This document shows positions 56,302 to 64,000 of a stretch of 64,000 nucleotides of DNA, piece by piece. Where the stretch lies: NCBI GenBank assembly GCA_945898195.1, contig CAMDHM010000013.1:93-64092 (forward strand), read 5' to 3'. A program made the translations under genes and the position numbers. How positions within the stretch are numbered: position 1 is the first letter of the stretch; every line of letters starts with the position of its first letter. The notes under the pieces were generated by a model. The model searched no databases. It was not told the DNA's origin and worked only from the letters and a program-made list of their open reading frames with translations. Source of the DNA: Pseudobacteriovorax antillogorgiicola (GTDB lineage: Bacteria > Bdellovibrionota_B > Oligoflexia > Oligoflexales > RGVZ01).

Positions 56302-57753
56302 ATGGAACGGGAACAGCCATATAGTTATCGCGAGCAGATCCTCTGGGTTCTGTTGATTGAAGCATTGCTCGTTACAGGGCTCATGTTTGTGTCGACCTTT
56401 TTTTGGACTTCCATCTGCACAGATAGCCTCAAATCCTGCATTGCTGAGGGCACCGCATTGGGCCCCCTTACCTTTCTATTTTTATCTGCCTTGCGTCCTT
56501 TTGTTTTCACCCCGTTTTTCTTCATGGCCCTGATTGCAGGTCCAGCCTTCGGAACTCCAGCCGGAACTGCATTCACCCTACTCGGTGGACTGGCCTCCAC
56601 TCTGGTCATCGCCAGCATTGGGCGAATCGTGGGCAAACACCTGGTCACTCCCTGGATGACGTCGAATCTGCCCCAAACTTCCCGGTTCATTCGATTGCAA
56701 GACTACAAAATCGCATTCTTTCTGCGCCTGGTGCCTTTCGTTCCTTTTGATCTGGCTTCGCTGTTTTTTGGGGCACTCGGCTTTCGCTGGCGACACATCC
56801 TCTGGACCACTTTGGCTGGATCACTGCCGGAAGCCCTGCTTTTCGCTCGGATCAGTTCGCCTTCCGCAACGCTGACGGAATCAGCCTTTGACACCTTAGG
56901 TTTGGTTGCCATTGCCGTAATTCTGCCCCTTCTTGTCGGAGAATTTTTGTCCCGACGCAATGGCCGCAGCATGTGGCAGCAAGCTCGTCTCGTTTACCGC
57001 GAACTTTTGAATGAAGTGAGAAGCAACAACCTGATCATGCGGCGCACAAACCTCAGCCCTGATCGGACTCCCATTCTGCTGTTGTACGGTTTTTTTTCAT
57101 CTCGAAGGTCCCTTGGAATCTTGGAACGCCACTTAACGGGACGGGGATTTGACGTCATTTCTTTCAACCTCGGCGGCCTCCTCGGGACATTTTTTACTAA
57201 TTCAATCCTGGAAAGTGCCTCGTTCATTGATGGCAAAATCAAACGTCAGGTCGAGCGCCATGGACTCAAAAAAATTCACGTCGTCGCCCATTCCAAGGGC
57301 GGTCTGGTTGCCTTGTGGTGGCTGTTAAAAATGGGGGGCGATCAGCTCTGCAGCAAGGTCGTGACCTTGGGGACCCCCTTCAAAGGATCGCGGCTGACCT
57401 ATCTGGCCTTAATCACGCCGTTAGGTTTGATTTGGCGGGACATGTGGCAAATGCGACCGGGTTCTAATTTTCTTAAACAACTGGATCGCGCGGCAATTCC
57501 GGCGGGTTTGGACATTTACTGCTTCCACTCCACCTTAGACGGCGTTGCCAACGGTAAAGACGGTCTATACCAGCCCGAGCCCCCGTCATCACAGGTACAT
57601 CCAATCCAGATGGACGAGGTGTCCCATTTCGGATTCCTTTCCCATCGGCACGTGGTTGATCGAATCGTCGCCATCTTGGGCGCCCCCGACAGCTCTGATT
57701 CTAAAGAGAGTGCGGAAATCACAGCGAAAAATGTATTGTTGCGGCAAGGCTGA
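56302..57753 (+). CDS. DedA/VTT membrane domain fused to an alpha/beta-hydrolase (lipase-like)
   Basis: AGPAFG..GT and LRLVPFVPFD (DedA); LLYGFF, VAHSKGG, TLGTPFKGS, SHFGFL (hydrolase). Confidence 0.85.
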   Translation: MEREQPYSYREQILWVLLIEALLVTGLMFVSTFFWTSICTDSLKSCIAEGTALGPLTFLFLSALRPFVFTPFFFMALIAGPAFGTPAGTAFTLLGGLASTLVIASIGRIVGKHLVTPWMTSNLPQTSRFIRLQDYKIAFFLRLVPFVPFDLASLFFGALGFRWRHILWTTLAGSLPEALLFARISSPSATLTESAFDTLGLVAIAVILPLLVGEFLSRRNGRSMWQQARLVYRELLNEVRSNNLIMRRTNLSPDRTPILLLYGFFSSRRSLGILERHLTGRGFDVISFNLGGLLGTFFTNSILESASFIDGKIKRQVERHGLKKIHVVAHSKGGLVALWWLLKMGGDQLCSKVVTLGTPFKGSRLTYLALITPLGLIWRDMWQMRPGSNFLKQLDRAAIPAGLDIYCFHSTLDGVANGKDGLYQPEPPSSQVHPIQMDEVSHFGFLSHRHVVDRIVAILGAPDSSDSKESAEITAKNVLLRQG

Positions 57754-57776
57754 TTTGGGTTCATTCTCGGGAAATC

Positions 57777-58211
57777 ATGGAACGTTTACAAACTAGAATC
57801 GATAAAGATCAACTGACCCGCCTGCAAAGCCTCGCTTCTGCGACGCGCGCCCAATTCGGTGCGAACGTGAGCCAGGTTCGGGTACCTGCACGCCTGATTG
57901 TCGATTTTGATCCATGGGCGCTCAGCCTTGATATCATTGCGACCGCCATTTCAGCTGGCAGCATTCGTGCCGAAATCGATTTATCGAACTTGCCCGCCGA
58001 TGCAGACAATTTGCTGTCACCAGGTGATTTGTACCGCATCCAATTTCACACTAACAATTTTCCGGGCAACCCTCAGTTTGTCCTCCCCCTTCTCACGGCG
58101 CGGCTAGAAAATAAGGACACCAAGGGAACCGGCCTGCGTTTTAAACTGCTCCTCGATCAAACCATCGAACGCGAATTTCAGAATTTTCTACGCCTTATGG
58201 ATAAGTCGTGA
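57777..58211 (+). CDS. Hypothetical protein
   Basis: 144-aa ORF overlapping the panP start. Confidence 0.6.
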   Translation: MERLQTRIDKDQLTRLQSLASATRAQFGANVSQVRVPARLIVDFDPWALSLDIIATAISAGSIRAEIDLSNLPADADNLLSPGDLYRIQFHTNNFPGNPQFVLPLLTARLENKDTKGTGLRFKLLLDQTIEREFQNFLRLMDKS

Positions 58212-59857
58212 CGGGAAAAAAGGCGGAGGCGTCCCTCGAACACTTGCGACGTGTTTTCACGGTTCCGGAAGGGGAAGACTCAGCCCTTGCCGCAATCGAC
58301 CGTGAAATTTCGCACAATCTAACTGGATTTCTCCGCGAGCACATCGTCAGCGAAGAGCAAGCCCCAGCAAAACTCGAACGCGATTTTATGGAATCGGCAT
58401 TGCCGGACGATCCATGCTTTGTCTCCGAACAGGCTAAATTTCTACTGGAAAAAGTGGTGGCCCAATCGGTGCATACTGCCTCGCCAGCGTTCATCGGCCA
58501 TATGACTTCGGCAATCCCCTACTTCATGCTGCCTCTCGCAAAAATCATGTTTGCTCTGAATCAGAACACCGTCAAAATCGAAACCTCCAAGGTCTTCACA
58601 CCGATGGAATCCCAAGTCCTCGGAATCCTGCACAGATTGATTTTCGGTTGTGATCCGGCCTTTGACGACAAATTCTATCGCCGCTGGATTCAAAATCGCG
58701 ACCACGCCCTCGGTGTCTTCTGTTCTGGTGGCACTGTGGCCAACTTGACCGCCTTGTGGGTCGCACGGAACCGGCTCCTTGCACCTCGGGATGATTTTGC
58801 TGGGGTATCAGAAGATGGCATCCTCGCCGGAATGCGGGCATGGGGCTACGAAGACCTTGTGGTTATGGTTAGCAAACGGGGCCATTATTCTCTAAAAAAA
58901 TCTTGCGACGTCCTGGGACTTGGCAAACGCAACCTCATCACGGTGGATACCATCAATCACCGCCTTGATCCTGATGACCTGTGTCGCAAAATTGCTGAAC
59001 AAAAGTCCCGACGCGCTGGAATCATTGCATTGGTTGGCGTGGCAGGAACCACTGAAACCGGTCACGTCGATCCATTGGAAACGATGGCCGCTATCGCAGC
59101 GGAACATAAAATCCATTTCCACGTGGACGGCGCCTGGGGCGCTCCGACCCTTTTTTCTGACCGATACCGTCACCTCTTGAAGGGAATCGAGCGCGCCGAC
59201 TCGGTGACAATTGATGCCCACAAACAACTCTACGTCCCCGTCGGTGCGGGTATGACTTTATTCAAAGACCCGACTGCCCTCGATGCCGTTGAACATTCTG
59301 CACAATACATCATCCGGAAAGGTTCACGCGACCTTGGGAAACATACCCTTGAAGGTTCTCGTCCGGGAATGGCCATGCTCGTGCATTCTGGCCTACATGT
59401 TCTGGGGCGCAAGGGCTATGAGATGCTTATAGATCTTGGAATCGGCAAAGCCGGTCAGTTTGCAAAAATGATTCAATCGTCAAGCGACTTCGAATTAACG
59501 ACCGAGCCTGAACTTAACCTGCTGACCTATCGCCACGTTCCGTTGTACGCGCGCGAGGCTCTTAAACGTGCTGAGCCAGCTGCCGCGGGACGGATCAACG
59601 ATGCACTCAGTGATCTAACGGGCGAGATTCAAAAAGCGCAGCGTGCAAAAGGCAAAACCTTTGTCTCGCGAACACGATTTGAATTACCGCAGCATCACAA
59701 TTACGCCTGCACGGTTTTTCGGGTAGTTTTGGCAAATCCACTGACCACAAGACAAGTCCTCTCTGAAATTTTGGAGGAGCAGCGCGAAACCAGCGAGCGT
59801 TTACTCGGCGGCCCGGTCGGGCGCAAACTCCGCGCTGCATGCGCGGCCGTAAATTAA
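58208..59857 (+). CDS. panP: PLP-dependent aspartate 1-decarboxylase (PanP type)
   Basis: FIGHMTSA, LNQN.VKIETSK, CSGGTVANLTALWVARN, DAHKQLYVP, TLEGSRPG. Confidence 0.88.
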   Translation: MTGKKAEASLEHLRRVFTVPEGEDSALAAIDREISHNLTGFLREHIVSEEQAPAKLERDFMESALPDDPCFVSEQAKFLLEKVVAQSVHTASPAFIGHMTSAIPYFMLPLAKIMFALNQNTVKIETSKVFTPMESQVLGILHRLIFGCDPAFDDKFYRRWIQNRDHALGVFCSGGTVANLTALWVARNRLLAPRDDFAGVSEDGILAGMRAWGYEDLVVMVSKRGHYSLKKSCDVLGLGKRNLITVDTINHRLDPDDLCRKIAEQKSRRAGIIALVGVAGTTETGHVDPLETMAAIAAEHKIHFHVDGAWGAPTLFSDRYRHLLKGIERADSVTIDAHKQLYVPVGAGMTLFKDPTALDAVEHSAQYIIRKGSRDLGKHTLEGSRPGMAMLVHSGLHVLGRKGYEMLIDLGIGKAGQFAKMIQSSSDFELTTEPELNLLTYRHVPLYAREALKRAEPAAAGRINDALSDLTGEIQKAQRAKGKTFVSRTRFELPQHHNYACTVFRVVLANPLTTRQVLSEILEEQRETSERLLGGPVGRKLRAACAAVN

Positions 59858-59870
59858 GGGCAAATCTGCC

Positions 59871-61256
59871 ATGACACCTAACATGAAACAAATTCACGTG
59901 CCTCAAGGCAATTCAGCGACGGATGGCCATCGGGCTCGAACGTTCATTAAGAATTTACGGGTGCTGACTCCGGAAGGAACCGCCGGCCGCCCCAAATTTA
60001 TTCACGCCGACTTGTTAATCGCGGGGAATCGCATCGAAGCTGTCTATGTTGATGGCAGTCAGTCCCAAAAAGAGTTCGCCTCAAACATGGACGCCGATCT
60101 CATTATCGACGGCGCTGGTTATCTGGCAATCCCAGGCCTGATCAATGTGCACACCCATGCCGCCATGGGTTTTTTTCGTGGACTTGGTCATGGCCACACG
60201 AACATGATCGAGAACTTTCTTTTTCCGGCAGAGAAAGCCCTAACCCCCGAACTACTCGAGCCCCTATCCTGGTCTTATCTGATCACCAGCCTGCGGGCCG
60301 GGGTGACTTGTATTGGCGATCATTACTACATGATTGACGGTGTTGGTCGGGCCCTAGAACGCCTCGGAATGCGCGGATTTATTGGCGAGACCATTGCCGA
60401 TCTTGGCGGGGCCTTTCCTGGATGGGAGTCATGGACCAAGGCCCGGGACGCCATCCAATCATGGAACTTTTCCAACCGTATCCGACCCGTCGTGGCTCCC
60501 CACGCAGCCGACACCGTCTCGTCAAAAATGCTGCGCGATGCCGCCCAGTTCGCGCGAAAAAATGATCTGACGTTGCACATGCATTTAAGTCAGACGACCG
60601 GTGAATTGAAGCGCGTTCGTGAGCAAGATGGAATGACTCCCGTTCAAAAAGCCTTTGCGTGTGACGCCTTATGGGAACGTACCCTTGCCGTGCATATGGT
60701 CTCTGCGCGTGAGGCAGACTTTGCAGAGCTGCGAACATCCGGAGCAACGGCCGTCATTTGTCCGGCGTCACAAATTATTTACGAGCACCTGGCACCTCTG
60801 GAAAATATTGCGGCGACAGGAGTCTATTGGGCAACGGCTACGGATTGTGCAGCCAGCAATGATGGTTCGGACTTGCTGAACGACTGCAAATGGATGGGTC
60901 TCCTTGCCCGCGATCGCAAGATCTCTCACGAGACATTTGAGCCGAGCGCATTGCTCGCAAGCGTGACGTCTACCCCCGCTCGGGCACTTGGCATGACGGG
61001 GCAGCTTGGCGTTCTGCAAGCCAAGTCCTTGGCTGACATTGTATTTCTTCGGGATGATATTTCGATGCGACCGGCTTTCGATGACGTGAGAAATCTGATT
61101 TACTCTGCCGGGTCGAGTGGCGTCGAACATGTGATGATCGATGGCCACTGGCGTCTTTGGCGCCGCGAGTTATGTTCTGTTGACGAACAACAGCTCACAC
61201 TGGCTTTTGAACAAGCGGTCCAGGAAATCATGCGACGGACTGGCCTTAAACACTGA
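59871..61256 (+). CDS. Amidohydrolase (MtaD/TrzA-like deaminase)
   Basis: PGLINVHTH, APHA, HMHLSQ, ATDCAASN, ADIV. Confidence 0.88.
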   Translation: MTPNMKQIHVPQGNSATDGHRARTFIKNLRVLTPEGTAGRPKFIHADLLIAGNRIEAVYVDGSQSQKEFASNMDADLIIDGAGYLAIPGLINVHTHAAMGFFRGLGHGHTNMIENFLFPAEKALTPELLEPLSWSYLITSLRAGVTCIGDHYYMIDGVGRALERLGMRGFIGETIADLGGAFPGWESWTKARDAIQSWNFSNRIRPVVAPHAADTVSSKMLRDAAQFARKNDLTLHMHLSQTTGELKRVREQDGMTPVQKAFACDALWERTLAVHMVSAREADFAELRTSGATAVICPASQIIYEHLAPLENIAATGVYWATATDCAASNDGSDLLNDCKWMGLLARDRKISHETFEPSALLASVTSTPARALGMTGQLGVLQAKSLADIVFLRDDISMRPAFDDVRNLIYSAGSSGVEHVMIDGHWRLWRRELCSVDEQQLTLAFEQAVQEIMRRTGLKH

Positions 61257-61264
61257 GAGCATCT

Positions 61265-61891
61265 ATGCAACTCATCGACATCTCGCCGGTTCTGAGTGAA
61301 CTGACACCAGTATGGCCGGGCGATACGCCCCTTTCCCGGCAGTGGCTGACACGCCTTAAAAGCGGATCGAATATTGACCTTTCAACATTAAACACAACGG
61401 TGCACATCGGGGCTCATGCCGATGCGCCGAGCCATTACTCGGACGGTGGTCCGACGATCGACCAGGTTGACCTCGTTCCCTATCTTGGGCCATGCGTTGT
61501 GGTCGATGCTCGGGGCTGCGAACAAATTCAACCAGAGCATTTTGCGGCCGCAATCCAATCCGGGGCAAGGCGTCTGCTCTTCAAAACGCGAAAGCAGCGC
61601 GAGGGCTTGGTTTTTGAGACGGATTTCGCCTCGTTTTCGCCTGAATCCGTGGCCATCATGGGCGAAGCCGGTATCCTCTTGGCGGGGATCGACACCAGCT
61701 CGGTTGATCCATTCCATTCAAAGGAACTTCCCGCCCACAAGGTTTTCGGGCAGTACAACATCAGGAACTTGGAGGGACTTGATCTTTTTCATGTTGAACC
61801 AGGTCAGTATGAGTTAATTGCCCTTCCACTCAAACTTCAGGGCTTTGATGCTAGCCCCGTAAGGGCAATTCTCAGAAGGACCACTAAATGA
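61265..61891 (+). CDS. kynB: Cyclase family protein / kynurenine formamidase
   Basis: WPGDTP, HIGAHADAPSH, GIDT.SVDP, LEGL, ASPVRA. Confidence 0.8.
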   Translation: MQLIDISPVLSELTPVWPGDTPLSRQWLTRLKSGSNIDLSTLNTTVHIGAHADAPSHYSDGGPTIDQVDLVPYLGPCVVVDARGCEQIQPEHFAAAIQSGARRLLFKTRKQREGLVFETDFASFSPESVAIMGEAGILLAGIDTSSVDPFHSKELPAHKVFGQYNIRNLEGLDLFHVEPGQYELIALPLKLQGFDASPVRAILRRTTK

Positions 61892-62538
61892 AAAAACGAA
61901 TGAGTCTACGATTGGGTCAACGAATGGACCAACGAATGGACCAACGAATGACCCCACGACTCGGCAAGGGCATTCTCACTACTATTGCGGCGGCAGCAAT
62001 AGCCTTGGCCCTGCAGTGGACCAATAAGGGCCAAAGCCTTTCTGTCACCGACGTGACCACGGAAAAAACGGGACGTATGCCAGCATCGGTCAAACATTGC
62101 CACGATGGTGATACCTGCCGCATCGTCACAGAGCCTGGTCACATGTGGATGAATGTCCGTCTGGCTGGAATTGACGCTCCTGAAACCTCGAATCGTCACA
62201 ATAAGAGCAAAGGCCAGCCAATGGGCGATGAGGCGACAGAATACGTCAATGGCATCCTTGCAGGTAAAACGGTCGAAATCGAGCAGGTGGACCTTGATGC
62301 CTATAACCGCCCCGTGGTGGTGATCTGGAACGACGGCAAAAACTTCAACCTAACGCTCGTGGAAAACGGCTTCGCAGAAGCCTACCGTGGAGCCGTCAAG
62401 CGCATTGACCAAGGTGCTTACGTCCAGGCTGAAGCTGGAGCAAAATTAGCTAAAAAAGGTATTTGGAGCCTACCTGACACCATTCGGCAATCCCCGGCCG
62501 AATACCGCAAAGGGCTGCGGCAGCAAATCAAAAAATAG
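61888..62538 (+). CDS. Thermonuclease (SNase) family protein
   Basis: HDGDT, VRLAGIDAPE, DAYNR, N..LV..GFA, A...KKGIWS. Confidence 0.92.
   Translation: MKKRMSLRLGQRMDQRMDQRMTPRLGKGILTTIAAAAIALALQWTNKGQSLSVTDVTTEKTGRMPASVKHCHDGDTCRIVTEPGHMWMNVRLAGIDAPETSNRHNKSKGQPMGDEATEYVNGILAGKTVEIEQVDLDAYNRPVVVIWNDGKNFNLTLVENGFAEAYRGAVKRIDQGAYVQAEAGAKLAKKGIWSLPDTIRQSPAEYRKGLRQQIKK
61894..61965 (+). repeat. 12-bp tandem repeat (CAACGAATGGAC-like, about 6 units, partly degenerate)
   Basis: Encodes KRMS-LRLG-QRMD-QRMD-QRMT-PRLG at the nuclease N-terminus. Confidence 0.8.
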
Positions 62539-62577
62539 TGTCCTCACGAGGACTTACGCAGCACTTTCCTAAGGTCC

Positions 62578-62604
62578 TAAAGCCACGCCTGGGCATTCCG
62601 ACTA
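62578..62604 (+). promoter_or_regulatory. Sigma28-like promoter
   Basis: TAAA-N15-TCCGACTA. Confidence 0.55.
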
Positions 62605-62634
62605 CAAACTTAGCGGACAATTAAAGGGATTATA

Positions 62635-63981
62635 ATGCGGCATCTATCATACATCGTCGCGATGGTTTTTACTTTCGGCACTTCGGGTTGTGGCTCGACA
62701 GGCAAGGGTAAGGTTACAGCTATTGTCACGACCGGAAAACCGTCAGCGGTTCTCGATTCTGCAATTGATATTCAGCGTGTCGCTGAAATCGTTCCTGCTA
62801 ATAGCAGCTATGCTAACAGCGTGACCTCTTCGAATCTGACCTTGGAAGGAACCTGCATCTCCGGTTCCGCCGCTGTTTCAATTTCGCTGATTTCAACCGA
62901 TCTTAATCTTGTCCTCGCGTGTGACGAGTCCACCGGCGGCTTCTCCGGCGCGTTAGATATCAGCCACTTTCCAGACGGCACAATCACGCTGTCAATCGCA
63001 TTCTTGAAGACCCTAACCACCACCGCCCCTGTTTACGTCGTGCAGCGAACCATCGTAAAAGATACGTCGGGGCTTGCGGTTTTTACCGTTCCTTCAGCAT
63101 TCACCGCATCCAGCGACGCTATTAGTCTCGATGCGGTTGAAGGTGCAGCATTTTACCGCGCAACCTTCACCCCTGTGACCGGTGGATCTGCCATTGGCCC
63201 GATTCAATCCAGTAGCAACTCGATTCCCGTAACATCCCTTGCTATGTGGACGAGCTATACGGTTTCTGTCGTCGCATTGGATGCGGCCGGAAATATTTCT
63301 GCGGCGAGCAACACCGGGACTTTTACGAAGACCGCCACGGTCAGAGCTACCTTGAGCAGCAACCTACCGACTGGAGTTACTGCCGTTTCTTTTTATAAAC
63401 TGACGGGGGAAAGCAGCTATTACTGTTCACCAGGATTTAATTACTGCAATCCAAACATGAATGTAACGGATGCCATAACCCTTGCCGGTCCCACTTTAAT
63501 CAACGCCGGTCAGACAATTACGATCGGATCCAATTTGCTCGAAACCGACATGTACTACATCGCTCCCATCAACCCGGCAGGGATTGCATGCGAAGCCAGC
63601 GCTGCCTCCCCAGCCCTGTGGGCTTTTGTCACAGCCGATGTGACAATCGATATTATTTGTCATCTTGACCCGCCCGACCCGACCGCTTTTTCGGCAACGG
63701 TTGCCTCCAGCTCGCAGATCGACCTGTCATGGACTTCCGGGGGCGGCGGCACCAGGGGCTACCGGCTAGCATACCAGGCAGGTGTAGTTGCGCCAGCAGA
63801 CTGCAGCTCAACTGGCACAGGGATCACGCTGATCGATGAAAACTACATCGACTTCATGATTGGGACGAGTACGCAAATCACTGGGCTCACGACGAACACT
63901 CAGTATTCTTTCCGATTGTGTTCCATATCTTCGAGTGACGAGTCGTATGGCGTGATGGTAACGGCTCTCACAGCCAATTAG
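62635..63981 (+). CDS. Lipoprotein with Ig-like and fibronectin type III domains
   Basis: TSGC lipobox; YTVSVVALDAAGNIS, SSSQIDLSW, TGLTTNTQYSFRLC. Confidence 0.85.
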   Translation: MRHLSYIVAMVFTFGTSGCGSTGKGKVTAIVTTGKPSAVLDSAIDIQRVAEIVPANSSYANSVTSSNLTLEGTCISGSAAVSISLISTDLNLVLACDESTGGFSGALDISHFPDGTITLSIAFLKTLTTTAPVYVVQRTIVKDTSGLAVFTVPSAFTASSDAISLDAVEGAAFYRATFTPVTGGSAIGPIQSSSNSIPVTSLAMWTSYTVSVVALDAAGNISAASNTGTFTKTATVRATLSSNLPTGVTAVSFYKLTGESSYYCSPGFNYCNPNMNVTDAITLAGPTLINAGQTITIGSNLLETDMYYIAPINPAGIACEASAASPALWAFVTADVTIDIICHLDPPDPTAFSATVASSSQIDLSWTSGGGGTRGYRLAYQAGVVAPADCSSTGTGITLIDENYIDFMIGTSTQITGLTTNTQYSFRLCSISSSDESYGVMVTALTAN

Positions 63982-64000
63982 GGAAGCGCTCCGGCTAAGG

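Noticed and set aside
547-63023. Many antisense or nested ORFs in the six-frame track (e.g. 936-1385, 27537-28124, 33144-33767, 54697-55293)
   Set aside because: Shadows of well-supported genes, with no recognisable motifs or RBS
1-64000. CRISPR array, rRNA or prophage genes
   Set aside because: No regularly spaced repeats, rRNA signatures or phage structural genes noticed

Overview
Bacterial chromosomal window, about 52% GC by eye. Gene content (RomR-like regulator beside nadC and birA-coaX, fused SecDF, CcmF/CcmH, many orphan lipoproteins, FHA proteins) suggests Bdellovibrionota/Oligoflexia or a related predatory lineage; this is inferred, not proven. The first ~7 kb is a decayed mobile/defence island. 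It holds a nonsense-interrupted DUF3892-like/lysozyme-like gene with a coupled membrane-anchored partner, a divergent Dam-type methyltransferase and putative endonuclease, an orphan IS256-like end, IS5 and IS91/ISCR transposase relics, and an AAA+/DUF4143 gene bracketed by an exact 17-bp oriIS-like direct repeat. A three-gene FHA module follows (FHA-FHA, periplasmic domain-TM-FHA, FHA-TM-lytic transglycosylase), directly downstream of selU-selD. Next is a lipoprotein/outer-membrane barrel region with repeated sigma28-like promoters. The rest is mostly housekeeping (hldE, gap, ltaE, tRNA-Cys, ccm/hemF, secDF, mtaB, birA-coaX, nadC, accBC, efp, panP), with several unusual fusions and one small basic ORF missed by the ORF track. 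The best candidates for undescribed systems are the FHA-transglycosylase module, the oriIS-bounded ATPase cassette, and the three-lipoprotein plus beta-barrel operon. All family assignments come from motifs recognised by eye; no database searches were run.
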